Source: an uncultured Bacteroidota bacterium (lineage in GTDB: Bacteria; Bacteroidota; Bacteroidia; Flavobacteriales; Flavobacteriaceae). From it: a stretch of DNA of 64,000 bases. The stretch is taken from the NCBI GenBank assembly GCA_902629505.1, contig CACORF010000003.1, forward strand, positions 11,939-75,938, given 5' to 3'. Below the pieces are notes generated by a model. It saw only the letters and a program-made list of their open reading frames with translations. It was not told the origin of the DNA and did no database searches. The position numbers and the translations under genes are program-made. Positions 26,869-36,894 of the stretch are shown one piece after another (within the stretch, counting starts at the first letter, position 1; every line of letters begins with the position of its first letter).

Positions 26869-27768
26869 ATGAGTATTTTTAAAGATATATCTCACCTTTT
26901 ACATTCTAATGACTGTGTAATTCTTCCTGACTTTGGCGCTTTTGTCCTTAAAAGTAAATCAGCTTACATAGAAAAAAATGAGTTTTTCCCACCTAGTAAA
27001 TATGTAACATTCAACTCAATGCTCAAAGATAATGATGGTCTTTTAGCAAAATTTATAAGTCAAGAAAGAAAAATATCATATAAAAAATCTCTAAAACTAA
27101 TATCAGATGATGTCAAAGTATTAAATGAAAAGTTATCTGAAGATTTAATTTTTGATACTGAATATTTTGGCATTTTTGAATTGAAAGAAAAAAATATTTT
27201 AATATTTAATCCCGATTTTTCAATAAATTTTGATAGTTCAGTTTTTGGTTTAAATTCTTTCACGAGAAAGCCTATTATTAATATTAGCTCTAAAAAGACT
27301 GAAGAGAAAAATCAATTTGACACAAATTATTTATTGAGGTATGCAGCAGTTTTCATATCTGTACTTGCACTGTCTTACTTTGGATATGTTAATTACAATG
27401 ACTATCTAAATAATGAAAAATTAAAAAATATTGCAATAGCTCAAGAGAAAATCCTTGAGAATGTGCAAGCGGCAACATTCAATTTAGGAGATCTACCTAC
27501 CATGAACATAAGTGTTACAGCACCTGTGATTAAGGATAACTTGACCTATTACAGCGTTATTGCTGGTGCTTTTAGATCTAAAAAAAATGCAGAGAAGCAA
27601 CTAAATACTTTAATAATTAATGGATATCAAGCATCATATACTTCCATAAATCCAAAAGGCCTTTTTAGAGTAGCATATGCAAGACTAAAAACAAGAAAAG
27701 AAGCTGTAGATTTAATCTCAAAAATTAAAACTAGCGGACAAGACGCCTGGTTATTAATTGAAAACTAA
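26869..27768 (+). CDS. SPOR-domain protein with an N-terminal HU-like (HU-CCDC81-type) domain and one TM segment
   Basis: N-terminal 'VILPDFGAFVLK'. C-terminal 'YYSVIAGAFRSKKNAEKQLNTLIINGYQA...FRVAYARLKTRKEAVDLISKIK' is a SPOR repeat. Confidence 0.7.
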   Translation: MSIFKDISHLLHSNDCVILPDFGAFVLKSKSAYIEKNEFFPPSKYVTFNSMLKDNDGLLAKFISQERKISYKKSLKLISDDVKVLNEKLSEDLIFDTEYFGIFELKEKNILIFNPDFSINFDSSVFGLNSFTRKPIINISSKKTEEKNQFDTNYLLRYAAVFISVLALSYFGYVNYNDYLNNEKLKNIAIAQEKILENVQAATFNLGDLPTMNISVTAPVIKDNLTYYSVIAGAFRSKKNAEKQLNTLIINGYQASYTSINPKGLFRVAYARLKTRKEAVDLISKIKTSGQDAWLLIEN

Positions 27769-28973
27769 TTATCCAACCAAATTGCTGGGTTTTCAGGTTT
27801 TAATTCATTAAAAATGTTAAACTTTAAAATAGTTTTACCATTAGAATCATTTGTAAATACAATTCCTATTTCATCATTTGCATTTATTTTATCTCCTTTT
27901 TTTACAAAAATTGAAGATAAATTTTGATAATTAGAAATGTACTTTCCATGCCTAATTAAAACTCCTGGATTACCTCCAGAGAAACCATAAACAGATAAAA
28001 CTTCACCATCAAAAACGGAATAGGCTATTGAATTTGGAGAAGTTGCAATTGAAATTCCATTACTATTAATAGTTGTAGTTCTGACTACTGGGTGAGGTTG
28101 TCTGCCAAATCTTCGTACAATTACTCCTTCTTTAACTGGCCACGGTAATCGTCCTCGATTTGATTGAAAGCTTGATGAAATTATTCTACCCTCAGGAGTA
28201 AGTGCGAAATTTGTTGAATTTTTGTTTTTATTTGACTCAGCAATTGCTAGTCTAATAAGTTTTTGAATTTCATTGTCAATTAATTTTGCCTGTTTTTCTT
28301 TTTCATTTATTTGAGCAGCATAATTCTTTTGATTCTTAAGTAAACTATCAAATAGATTATCCTGTTGCTTTTTTTCCTTAGACAATGATTGTTTTATATC
28401 CTGATTTTCATCTATAATCTTTTGCTTTTGATTCTTTCTGATAACCAAACTATCAACTGTATCTTCTATTTCAGTTTGAACTTGAAGAATTCTTTCGGCT
28501 TGCTTTTTTCTATACTTTGAATACTGTTTAAAATACTGAAAACGTTTAAACGCTTGGTTTACATTTTCAGAGGCAAATAAAAACATTAACTTCATTTGAG
28601 AAGATCTTTTTTTATAAGAATTGTATATTATTTTTTCATACTCACTTTTAAGATTTATAAGATCAACCTCTAGATCAGCTATTTTGTCATTTTGATTGTT
28701 TATAATATTAGTCAAATTATTAAGTTGTGAATTGTTAATGTTGATTAGTTTATCACGAACAGATATTTTAAGCTGAAGGTCTTCTAGATCATTGGCTAAA
28801 TTTTTAGATCTTTTTTTTGAATCAGCTATTAATAGGTTGATCTGACTAATTTCTTTTTTTAGAGAAATTTTTTGAGCTTCCAATTTTTTTTGTCTTGCCT
28901 GATAGTCTTGGGCATCCAGTTGTAAAGCTGACAGGAGAAATAAATAAATTAATATCTTACTCAATAATCTCAT
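27765..28973 (-). CDS. Coiled-coil M23/LytM-domain murein hydrolase activator (EnvC-like)
   Basis: Signal peptide, about 230 aa of heptad-like K/E/Q-rich sequence, and a C-terminal LytM domain ('PWPVKEG', 'GVLIRHGKYISNYQNL'). Confidence 0.75.
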   Translation of the reverse strand: MRLLSKILIYLFLLSALQLDAQDYQARQKKLEAQKISLKKEISQINLLIADSKKRSKNLANDLEDLQLKISVRDKLININNSQLNNLTNIINNQNDKIADLEVDLINLKSEYEKIIYNSYKKRSSQMKLMFLFASENVNQAFKRFQYFKQYSKYRKKQAERILQVQTEIEDTVDSLVIRKNQKQKIIDENQDIKQSLSKEKKQQDNLFDSLLKNQKNYAAQINEKEKQAKLIDNEIQKLIRLAIAESNKNKNSTNFALTPEGRIISSSFQSNRGRLPWPVKEGVIVRRFGRQPHPVVRTTTINSNGISIATSPNSIAYSVFDGEVLSVYGFSGGNPGVLIRHGKYISNYQNLSSIFVKKGDKINANDEIGIVFTNDSNGKTILKFNIFNELKPENPAIWLDN

Positions 28974-29754
28974 TTATATTTACACGTTTATAGTCTGAGG
29001 GTATTTCCATTGGAAAATTAAGATTTTCTGGAAAGTCAAATTGAGAATACTCTAAGTTTATCTTTGTAATTTGGTTTCCTTTCATATAAGAGATTAACAC
29101 CTCACTAGGAACTGTTTTTCCATCAATATTTTTATAGTTTCTATAATTAAATGTTACCAGAGAAGAAAGGAGTGGAATAAAAATTCTCTGCTGTTCAAGC
29201 TGATAGGTTTTTGGGTTTAAAAAAAGTGTTGTTTGAATCCCTTTTGATGATTGAAGCACATAATAATTTGAGTTTTGAATCCGATCCCATTTACCCTTAT
29301 TTATTTCTATAACTGGACTTCCAAAAAGAATATTTTGTAGAAAATTTACTGGACTTTTTAGATTCAATAATTTTAATACTTGAGATAGTTCCTCATCAAT
29401 ATAATTTTTTTGAAATTTTTCATAAAAAACAAATCTTTCATTACTCATTAATACTTTAGCTATCGGCACTATCATTGATGCACTCATCCAAATAACTTCA
29501 TCTTCTACAGCTCTAAAATTTAGAACAATGTTTTGAGTTAAGCGACCATTATCAAATTCAACCCTAATTCTATTCCTTAGATTCTCAAATGTGAAATCTG
29601 TCTTTCGTGAGTTTTTAATTATTTCCGAAATTTCTATTTCTGCAATTGGTAAATCACTGACAATAATTTTTTTTGTTGCACACCCTTGAAGTATAACTAA
29701 TAATAGAAGGCAATTTAAAAAAGCATAAGCTTTATTAGTTGTATTCATTGTCAT
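28957..29754 (-). CDS. DUF4292-like (LolB-fold?) lipoprotein
   Basis: Lipobox LVILQGC. The gene order nucleotidyltransferase, this gene, then M23 is one I recall as conserved in Flavobacteriia. Overlaps its neighbours by 17-20 nt. Confidence 0.45.
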   Translation of the reverse strand: MTMNTTNKAYAFLNCLLLLVILQGCATKKIIVSDLPIAEIEISEIIKNSRKTDFTFENLRNRIRVEFDNGRLTQNIVLNFRAVEDEVIWMSASMIVPIAKVLMSNERFVFYEKFQKNYIDEELSQVLKLLNLKSPVNFLQNILFGSPVIEINKGKWDRIQNSNYYVLQSSKGIQTTLFLNPKTYQLEQQRIFIPLLSSLVTFNYRNYKNIDGKTVPSEVLISYMKGNQITKINLEYSQFDFPENLNFPMEIPSDYKRVNINEIIE

Positions 29755-30760
29755 TTATTTGTGAATAGTCCCCTAAAAAAATTTCTTTGTTTGATCCATC
29801 ATAAACTGAATATGCACCAAGGATCGAGTTTTTAATATCTGCATTCGAAACTTTTACACTTTTATAGATTAGTGTTGACTCAATATTTGAATTAGATATA
29901 TCTGTGTCATCCCCAATTGAAACATAAGGGCCAATAGTTGAATCTTTAATTTTAACATTTTTACCAATAAAAACAGGTTGAGTAATTTTAACATTACCTG
30001 TTTTTGCAAAACTATTATTTACTTTAGAATTAATTTGAGAGTTCATAATTTTTTTGGCAGACTCAATCAATAATCGTGGGGTTCCACAATCCATCCAAGT
30101 TTCTATCTCTTGAGATTTAAATACTTTTTTATTTTTAATCATTCTCTCAATACCATAGTTTAACAAATATTCTTTTCCTGGGCTCAACTTTTCATTTAAA
30201 TGAATTTTTAACTCATCTCTTATTGTTGATATATCTTTAAAATAATATATACCTACAACTGCAAGATCCGAGACATAGCTCTGCGGTTTTTCAACTAAAT
30301 CTGTAATATTTTGTTTTTCATCCAGGCTTACAACTCCGTAACTAGATGGATTCTTAACTTTTTTTACCCAAATTATTCCATCCACACCTGAGTCAATTGA
30401 AATTTGACCCTGAATCATTGTATCTGCATATGCAATTATTGAGGGTCCTTCTAATGAATCTTCAGCACACATAATAGCATGACCCGTACCTAATTGGTCT
30501 AGCTGTCTATACACTTTCGTTTTTGCGTTATACTTATTTGCTATCAAAGTTAACGAATTGACAATGTTTGAGTTAAAATATGCTTCATCTCCCAAAATAT
30601 ATATGATCTCATCAATTTGAGCTGTTAGCTTTGAACTAATTTGATTTATGAGGTGTTCAACTATTGTCTTATCATTAATTTGTAATAAAGGTTTTGGACA
30701 AGTCAATGTAAAAGGTCTAAGCCTTGTGCCTTTCCCTGCCATAGGTATAAATAACTTCAT
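29735..30760 (-). CDS. Sugar-phosphate nucleotidyltransferase with a C-terminal left-handed beta-helix
   Basis: 'MAGKGTRLRP' N-terminal signature. The C-terminus has hexapeptide-like repeats (IGKNVKIKDSTIGPYVSIGDDTDISNSNIES). Confidence 0.75.
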   Translation of the reverse strand: MKLFIPMAGKGTRLRPFTLTCPKPLLQINDKTIVEHLINQISSKLTAQIDEIIYILGDEAYFNSNIVNSLTLIANKYNAKTKVYRQLDQLGTGHAIMCAEDSLEGPSIIAYADTMIQGQISIDSGVDGIIWVKKVKNPSSYGVVSLDEKQNITDLVEKPQSYVSDLAVVGIYYFKDISTIRDELKIHLNEKLSPGKEYLLNYGIERMIKNKKVFKSQEIETWMDCGTPRLLIESAKKIMNSQINSKVNNSFAKTGNVKITQPVFIGKNVKIKDSTIGPYVSIGDDTDISNSNIESTLIYKSVKVSNADIKNSILGAYSVYDGSNKEIFLGDYSQINDNEYN

Positions 30761-30775
30761 GTAGATTATTTAAAT

Positions 30776-30783
30776 CAAAAATA
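30776..30783 (-). promoter_or_regulatory. Candidate -7 box (TATTTTTG on the minus strand) for the nucleotidyltransferase operon
   Basis: Plus-strand CAAAAATA, 15 nt upstream of ATG 30760. Confidence 0.3.
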
Positions 30784-30810
30784 CAAAAAGTGTAGGATGT
30801 AAATTTATTG

Positions 30811-31671
30811 TCAAGAGTTTAAAGCCTCAGCACCTCCAACAATTTCTAAAATTTCGTTTGTTATTGCTGTTTGTCTTGCCTTATTGTATGTGAGTTTCAA
30901 TTGGTCTCTAAGCTCTGATGCATTATCAGTTGCCTTATGCATAGCTGTCATTCTTGCCCCATGTTCACCAGCAATAGAATCAGATATAGACTTGAATAAT
31001 TGAATAGATAAAGTCTTTGGAATAAGTTCCTCAAGAATCTTTTCCCTATTTGGCTCAAAAATATAATCTCCTGAAATTGATACATTATCATCTTCATTTT
31101 CAGAAATTGGTAAGAACTGCTCTTTTGTAATAATCTGAGTAGCTGCATTTTTAAAATGATTATACACTAGTATGACCTCATCATATTTTTCATCAGTGTA
31201 TAGTTGCATAATTTTGCTAGCTATTGATTTTACATTTAAATAAGAAAACTCATCATACAAATCATTATGAGAGCTAATCACGTTGAATTTTTTTCTAAGT
31301 ATATCATTCCCTTTCTTACCTATAGTCAACAGGTCAGGCTTATTAATCCCGTACTCGGAGCTAATATTATATACTTCCTTTATTATATTAGAATTAAATC
31401 CACCACAAAGCCCCTTATTAGATGTGATGACTATAATAAGTGGGTTTTTTACCTCTCTAGCAATAAATAATGGATTGGAGTCGATTGAATCAATAGAGGC
31501 AGAAATATTCTTCACTAATTCTGAAAGTTTATTAGAATAAGGAAGTGTAGCAGTAATAGAGTCCTGTGCTTTTTTCAATTTTGCAGCCGATACCATCTTC
31601 ATTGCATTGGTAATTTGCATAGTTGAAGAAACTGAGCTAATTCGATTCCTTATCTCCTTTAATCCTGACAT
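30811..31671 (-). CDS. atpG: F1 ATP synthase gamma subunit
   Basis: 'LKEIRNRISSVSSTMQITNAMKMVSAAKL' N-terminus and 'ARQTAITNEILEIVGGAEAL' C-terminus. Confidence 0.95.
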   Translation of the reverse strand: MSGLKEIRNRISSVSSTMQITNAMKMVSAAKLKKAQDSITATLPYSNKLSELVKNISASIDSIDSNPLFIAREVKNPLIIVITSNKGLCGGFNSNIIKEVYNISSEYGINKPDLLTIGKKGNDILRKKFNVISSHNDLYDEFSYLNVKSIASKIMQLYTDEKYDEVILVYNHFKNAATQIITKEQFLPISENEDDNVSISGDYIFEPNREKILEELIPKTLSIQLFKSISDSIAGEHGARMTAMHKATDNASELRDQLKLTYNKARQTAITNEILEIVGGAEALNS

Positions 31672-31674
31672 ATA

Positions 31675-33249
31675 TTAAAATGACTTAGCAACTTTTTCAG
31701 CTACCTTTTTTATTTCATCTGTTTCTTTATCAGAAATTTTTCCTGATTTTAATTCTGCTAGAAGTTTCTTATTGTTTTTTTTGAGCTCTTGAAGAAAAGC
31801 TTCTTCGAATGCTTTAACTTTCTCAACAGGAACTTCTTTTAGTAAATTTTGAGATCCAGCATAGATAATAGCTACTTGATCTTCAACTTGGAATGGATCA
31901 TTTTGATTCTGTTTTAGAATTTCAACATTCCTTCTACCTTTTTCTATTACATTCAATGTTGCAGCGTCTAGATCTGAGCCAAATTTTGAAAAAGCTTCAA
32001 GCTCTCTATATTGAGCTTGGTCAAGCTTAAGAGTACCGGCAACTTTTTTCATTGATTTAATTTGAGCTGATCCTCCAACTCTTGAGACTGAAATCCCTAC
32101 GTTAATGGCTGGTCTAACTCCTGAATTAAATAAATCTGATTCTAAAAAGATTTGTCCATCTGTAATAGATATAACGTTAGTGGGTATATAAGCCGAGACA
32201 TCTCCTGCTTGAGTCTCAATAATTGGAAGTGCTGTTAATGATCCTCCACCTTTGACTTTTGATTTTAAAGAAACTGGCAAATCGTTCATGCCGCTAGCAA
32301 CTTTATCGTCATTTACAACCTTTGCCGATCTCTCTAAAAGTCTAGAGTGAAGATAAAAAACATCTCCTGGATATGCTTCCCTTCCTGGAGGTCTTCTTAA
32401 AAGAAGTGAAACCTCTCTATATGCAACTGCTTGTTTTGATAAATCATCATAAATTATTAAAGCAGGCCTACCTGTATCTCTAAAGTATTCTCCTATACAG
32501 GCGCCTGAAAAAGGAGCAAATACTTGCATAGGCGCTGGATCCGAGGCATTTGCAGCAACTATAACCGTATAATCTAAAGCACCTTTTTCTTCTAAAGTTT
32601 TTGCAATCCCTGCAACAGTTGAAGCCTTTTGACCTATCGCAACATAAATACAAAAAACAGGCTCTCCAGCGTCATAAAATTCTTTTTGATTTAGGATTGT
32701 GTCTATACAAACAGTTGTCTTACCAGTCTGTCTATCTCCAATAACTAATTCTCTTTGACCCCTTCCAATAGGTATCATAGCATCAATTGATTTAATTCCA
32801 GTCTGCAATGGTTCATTAACAGGTTGACGATAGATGACCCCTGGCGCTTTTCTTTCGATTGGCATATCAAAAAGTTCACCTTCAATAGGGCCTTTTCCAT
32901 CTATAGGATTTCCAAGAGTATCAACAACTCTCCCAAGAATACCTTCTCCAACTTTTATAGATGCTATCTGATTAGTTCTTTTAACAGCATCTCCTTCCTT
33001 AACTCCTTTTGATGGACCGAACAATACAATTCCAACATGGTCTTCTTCTAGATTTAGTACCATTCCCTGAAGGCCACTGTCGAAAGATACAAGCTCACCG
33101 TACTCGGCATTTGTAAGACCATAAACTCTTGCTATACCGTCCCCTACCTCTAAGACAGTTCCAACTTCATCAAAAGATGATTGAATATCTGCAGATTCTA
33201 ATTGTTTTTTCAATAAAGCTGATATCTCAGCTGGTTTAATTTTTTGCAT
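31675..33249 (-). CDS. atpA: F1 ATP synthase alpha subunit
   Basis: 'GDRQTGKT' Walker A, '[42 protein letters not shown]'. Confidence 0.98.
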   Translation of the reverse strand: MQKIKPAEISALLKKQLESADIQSSFDEVGTVLEVGDGIARVYGLTNAEYGELVSFDSGLQGMVLNLEEDHVGIVLFGPSKGVKEGDAVKRTNQIASIKVGEGILGRVVDTLGNPIDGKGPIEGELFDMPIERKAPGVIYRQPVNEPLQTGIKSIDAMIPIGRGQRELVIGDRQTGKTTVCIDTILNQKEFYDAGEPVFCIYVAIGQKASTVAGIAKTLEEKGALDYTVIVAANASDPAPMQVFAPFSGACIGEYFRDTGRPALIIYDDLSKQAVAYREVSLLLRRPPGREAYPGDVFYLHSRLLERSAKVVNDDKVASGMNDLPVSLKSKVKGGGSLTALPIIETQAGDVSAYIPTNVISITDGQIFLESDLFNSGVRPAINVGISVSRVGGSAQIKSMKKVAGTLKLDQAQYRELEAFSKFGSDLDAATLNVIEKGRRNVEILKQNQNDPFQVEDQVAIIYAGSQNLLKEVPVEKVKAFEEAFLQELKKNNKKLLAELKSGKISDKETDEIKKVAEKVAKSF

Positions 33250-33260
33250 TATTTAAAATT

Positions 33261-33485
33261 TTAATTTTTATTCTTATTTTTTGATTTTTTAACTGTCCCT
33301 ATTTCTACTTGCATGTCGAACTTGTCTCTAGCTTGACTTCTTAAAGTATCAACTAATATTTCAAGTTTTTCTATATTATAGTCTTCTGGAACAGAAATAT
33401 TTATTTCCATTTTATCTGGAAACTTTAACGAAATACATGATTGAAGCAGTAATGATATTATAAAAAGAATAATAAGTTTTTTCAT
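33261..33485 (-). CDS. Small (74 aa) predicted lipoprotein embedded between atpH and atpA
   Basis: MKKLIILFIISLLLQSC lipobox and a basic KSKNKNKN tail. 7-nt and 11-nt gaps to atpH and atpA, on the same strand. Confidence 0.5.
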   Translation of the reverse strand: MKKLIILFIISLLLQSCISLKFPDKMEINISVPEDYNIEKLEILVDTLRSQARDKFDMQVEIGTVKKSKNKNKN

Positions 33486-33492
33486 TATTAAT

Positions 33493-34026
33493 TTATTTTT
33501 TTAATTCTTTCTTCATCTTCTCAAGTCTTTTTTTTACGCTTGCATCCAATCTCGTATTATTGTAATCAATTGTAAAACCTGCAATTAAAGATTCATCTTT
33601 CTTGTTTACCAGCTTAACCTTTCCATTTTCAATTGAATTTAAGTATGCTTGTATAGAACTTTCAATATCTTCAGAAATCACAATGGGAGTGGTAACAGTA
33701 ACTTCAACTATCCCCTTGTATGTATTGTATTGTTTTATAAACCGTTTACATACATCTAGAAGCATGTCTACTCGATTGTTTTTTGAAAGCAAATTTATCA
33801 CTGTTGAGGTGTTGGGTAAAGAATCTGTTATTAATTCATTTAAAACTTTCTGCTTTATATCTTTTGATATAGTAGGGTTTGATATAAAACTTTGTAAATC
33901 CTCAGAGTCTTCTAAAGTATCTATCAAAGATGAGATTTCACCAAAAAGAATATCCAGGTTATCCTTTTCAACTCCATAGCCTATTAAAGCTTTTGCATAT
34001 CTTTTAGATGAAGTTTCTAAACCCAT
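33493..34026 (-). CDS. atpH: F1 ATP synthase delta (OSCP) subunit
   Basis: Position between atpF and atpA. 'SKRYAKALIGY' N-terminus and 'LIAGFTIDYNNTRLDASVKKRL' C-terminus, typical of delta. Confidence 0.85.
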   Translation of the reverse strand: MGLETSSKRYAKALIGYGVEKDNLDILFGEISSLIDTLEDSEDLQSFISNPTISKDIKQKVLNELITDSLPNTSTVINLLSKNNRVDMLLDVCKRFIKQYNTYKGIVEVTVTTPIVISEDIESSIQAYLNSIENGKVKLVNKKDESLIAGFTIDYNNTRLDASVKKRLEKMKKELKK

Positions 34027-34031
34027 AATTA

Positions 34032-34532
34032 TTAATCAAATTTTTTCTCTTTTAAAAGTTTCTTGATATATACTTCGTGATTTTTATTATTATCGAGCTC
34101 TTGCTCTAATACTTTAGAGGCTATATCAATTGATAAATCCGCAACTTGATTTTTAATTTCATTCATTGCTGATCTTTTTTCATTCTCAATTGAAGTTCGA
34201 GCTTGTGCTAGAATATTCTCAGCTTCCAAACGAGCATCAGATTTTGCTTTTTCAACAAGCTCCTTCCCTGATTGTTTTGCTTGACTAATCATTGCATCAC
34301 TTTCAGCTCTGGCTTCTTGAAGAATTTTTTTATTTTCAGCCTGTAGGCTTTCCATTTCTTTTTTTGCCTGTTTAGCAGAGTTTAAAGAGTCTCGAATAGA
34401 TTTCTCTCTTTCATTAATAGTATCTAATATTGGTTTCCAAGCAAATTTTCTTAATAAGAAAATTAGAGTAACGAATATTAATGTCTGCCAAAAGAAAAGG
34501 CCTGATGAAAATTCACTTATTAATTTTTCCAT
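34032..34532 (-). CDS. atpF: F0 ATP synthase b subunit
   Basis: Single N-terminal TM segment followed by a long charged helix (AKQAKKEMESLQAENKK...). Operon position. Confidence 0.85.
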   Translation of the reverse strand: MEKLISEFSSGLFFWQTLIFVTLIFLLRKFAWKPILDTINEREKSIRDSLNSAKQAKKEMESLQAENKKILQEARAESDAMISQAKQSGKELVEKAKSDARLEAENILAQARTSIENEKRSAMNEIKNQVADLSIDIASKVLEQELDNNKNHEVYIKKLLKEKKFD

Positions 34533-34544
34533 AAACTAATTTAA

Positions 34545-34739
34545 TTAGTTAACTGCGAATAATGCTGCAAAAGCAATCCCCTCAACAAGAGCTGCTATAA
34601 CAATAGCTGCCACAAGAATTTTATTAGATGCATCTGGCTGTCTTCCAATTGCATCCATTGCACCACGACCAATAAGACCGATACCGATTCCAGTTCCGAT
34701 AATTACAAGTCCTGCTCCGACTATTTTAGGTATTTCCAT
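34545..34739 (-). CDS. atpE: F0 ATP synthase c subunit
   Basis: 64-aa two-helix hairpin, 'GRQPDA' loop, and a carboxylate helix 'AALVEGIAFAALF'. Confidence 0.9.
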   Translation of the reverse strand: MEIPKIVGAGLVIIGTGIGIGLIGRGAMDAIGRQPDASNKILVAAIVIAALVEGIAFAALFAVN

Positions 34740-34776
34740 TTTTATTTATTTAAATTATACAATTATTATTTTTAAG

Positions 34777-35847
34777 TTAATGATCGTCCTCCTGAACTGC
34801 AAAACCAAAGTATAGAGCTGATAAAAGCGTAAAGATATAAGCTTGTAATAAAGCAACTAACACTTCAATTATTGAAATAAAAAAAACAAGGACAAGTGAT
34901 AAGCTAGATCCAACTAAATTTTTAAAAATAAAAATTAATCCTATCAAGCTGTACAGTACTATATGACCTGCAAGAATATTTGCATATAACCTTATCATTA
35001 AAGAGAAAGGTTTAATAAATACTCCCAAAAGTTCAATTGGTGCCAGGAGTGGTTTTAACCATATTGGAACACCTGGCATCCAGAAAATATGCTTCCAATA
35101 TGTTTTATTTGCTGTTAAATTTGTAATCAAAAAAGTTATTAAGGCGAGCCCGAATGTAACAGCTATATTTCCTGTAACGTTAACTCCTAGAGGACTTAAA
35201 CCTAATAAATTTAAAAACCAAATAAAGAAGAATAATGTTAGCAAGAAACTCATGTATTTTTTATAATGATGTTCTCCAATACTAGGGATAGCAATCTCAT
35301 CTCTTATCAATAGTACGATAGGTTCAAAAAATCTACCAATTCCAGATGCTATTTGATTGTTATTTACATACGATTTAGCTAATGAAGTAAATATCCAAAA
35401 CATCAATAATGATATCAACAAGATTGAAAAAACACTTTTTGTAATTGATAGATCCAGGGGTTTAGCATTAGTTACATTTCCTTCATCGTCATATGAAATA
35501 TATCCTTCTGAATCTGTTTCATATATTTTACCGTGATAAAGCTTATAATATTTACCTGAAGCATTAACAACCTTTTTGCCGTGATCTAACTTTGAAGACA
35601 TAAAAACCTTTACACCTTCATCAACCAATATGACTGGTAATGGAAATCCATAATATTTTTTCTTTCCTGTTTCTTTATCCTTAGTGGAAAAAAAAGAAAA
35701 ATCATGAGAATCTTGTACATGATGGTAGATGTATTCGGTAATTTCTTCTTGAAGAGTCTGCTCTTTTTCTTCTTCTTTTGCGTCGGCAAATGAGGCAGAC
35801 AAAATTATTATGGAAAGAAAAAAATATCTGCTTTTTGTATATATCAT
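34777..35847 (-). CDS. atpB: F0 ATP synthase a subunit (with the long N-terminal extension usual in Bacteroidota)
   Basis: 'LMIRLYANILAGHIV' (essential Arg region). Multi-TM C-terminal half. Confidence 0.9.
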   Translation of the reverse strand: MIYTKSRYFFLSIIILSASFADAKEEEKEQTLQEEITEYIYHHVQDSHDFSFFSTKDKETGKKKYYGFPLPVILVDEGVKVFMSSKLDHGKKVVNASGKYYKLYHGKIYETDSEGYISYDDEGNVTNAKPLDLSITKSVFSILLISLLMFWIFTSLAKSYVNNNQIASGIGRFFEPIVLLIRDEIAIPSIGEHHYKKYMSFLLTLFFFIWFLNLLGLSPLGVNVTGNIAVTFGLALITFLITNLTANKTYWKHIFWMPGVPIWLKPLLAPIELLGVFIKPFSLMIRLYANILAGHIVLYSLIGLIFIFKNLVGSSLSLVLVFFISIIEVLVALLQAYIFTLLSALYFGFAVQEDDH

Positions 35848-35878
35848 GCTTAAACTAAGTAGATTAAGTTTTGCGCGA

Positions 35879-35886
35879 CAAATGTA
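35879..35886 (-). promoter_or_regulatory. Candidate internal -7 box (TACATTTG on the minus strand) ahead of atpB
   Basis: Plus-strand CAAATGTA, 31 nt upstream of the atpB ATG, in the 88-nt gap after the atpZ-like gene. Confidence 0.3.
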
Positions 35887-35935
35887 AGATATAAATACAT
35901 ATTTATAAAATCATTTGAGGTCAAAATTTAAAAAG

Positions 35936-36139
35936 TTATTTTAAATTTTTTGTTTGAAAAATTATAAGGTAAATAATTAGAATTATCCCAATCAAAGAAA
36001 ACATAAGAGTAAACTGATTTGATTCTTTTTGAAAATAAGAATCAGCATAAGTTCCAAGTCTTGTTAGTACAAACATGACTATGGCAATCTGAAAAAACAA
36101 ACCTGAAAAGATAAGCCAAGGTTTAGGCTGTTTTTTCAC
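35936..36139 (-). CDS. AtpZ/AtpI-family small membrane protein
   Basis: 67 aa with two TM helices. 'FQIAIVMFVLTRLGTYADSYF...FTLMFSLIGIILIIY' resembles AtpZ. Located directly upstream of atpB. Confidence 0.6.
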   Translation of the reverse strand: MKKQPKPWLIFSGLFFQIAIVMFVLTRLGTYADSYFQKESNQFTLMFSLIGIILIIYLIIFQTKNLK

Positions 36140-36530
36140 GCGGATTGTTAAAATTTGTAATCTTTTTTAATGGTGCTGAACTAGATGTATCATTTTTCAT
36201 TGATGACTTTGCATTAAAAATTGCACCAGACTCAACAATTAACTTTGACATGACAATGTCACCATGAACTTCACCTGAGGATCTTATAGACAATAAATCA
36301 TCAACATGTATAGTGCCTTTAAATTTACCCTCGATATCAGCAGATGTACATACAATAGTACCATCTATATTACCATTCTTACCAATAACGACCTTTCCTT
36401 TGGTTTCTATGTTTCCCTCAAATGAGCCATCAATTCTAAAGTCAGACTCTGAATTAAAATTACCAATGAAACTAGTATTCTTTTCAACGGTATTACAGCT
36501 AGCTGATAAATCGTAATTTTTCATTTTCAT
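36123..36530 (-). CDS. Bactofilin (polymer-forming cytoskeletal protein, CcmA-like)
   Basis: Repetitive beta-helix pattern 'FRIDGSFEGNIETKGKVVIGKNGNIDGTIVCTSADIEGKFKGTIHVDDLLSIRSSGEVHGDI'. Overlaps the atpZ-like gene by 17 nt. Confidence 0.75.
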   Translation of the reverse strand: MKMKNYDLSASCNTVEKNTSFIGNFNSESDFRIDGSFEGNIETKGKVVIGKNGNIDGTIVCTSADIEGKFKGTIHVDDLLSIRSSGEVHGDIVMSKLIVESGAIFNAKSSMKNDTSSSAPLKKITNFNNPREKTA

Positions 36531-36612
36531 AAAATTGGGCGATAAATCTACAATTTTATTTTTAATTAATAGTTAATTTATTAGTAATATTGCGCTTAGA
36601 ATTCATCAATAT

Positions 36613-36894
36613 ATGTCAAAAAAAATAAAAATTATTTGTGATAATATAGAATACAATCTTGAAATGTTAGATGATAAAACTATTTTAGATCTAGCTCTTG
36701 ATAATGATATTGATGCTCCGTATTCATGTCATGGTGGAATTTGCAGTACATGTTTAGCAAAAATAAGTAGGGGGACTGTAGAAATGGATATGAATCAAAT
36801 TCTTACAGATGATGAAATTGAAGATGGATACATTTTAACATGTCAAGCAAGACCAACATCTGACGAAGTAGTAGTTAATTATGACGAGGTGTAA
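36613..36894 (+). CDS. Plant-type [2Fe-2S] ferredoxin
   Basis: 'YSCHGGICSTCLAKI' plus 'ILTCQARP': the C-x4-C-x2-C...C cluster ligand pattern. Confidence 0.85.
   Translation: MSKKIKIICDNIEYNLEMLDDKTILDLALDNDIDAPYSCHGGICSTCLAKISRGTVEMDMNQILTDDEIEDGYILTCQARPTSDEVVVNYDEV

Noticed and set aside
30811-36139. Absence of atpD (beta) and atpC (epsilon) after atpG as evidence of a truncated or degenerate ATP synthase operon.
   Set aside because: A split arrangement, with atpDC encoded elsewhere, is the normal organisation in Bacteroidota as far as I know. All subunit genes present here look intact.
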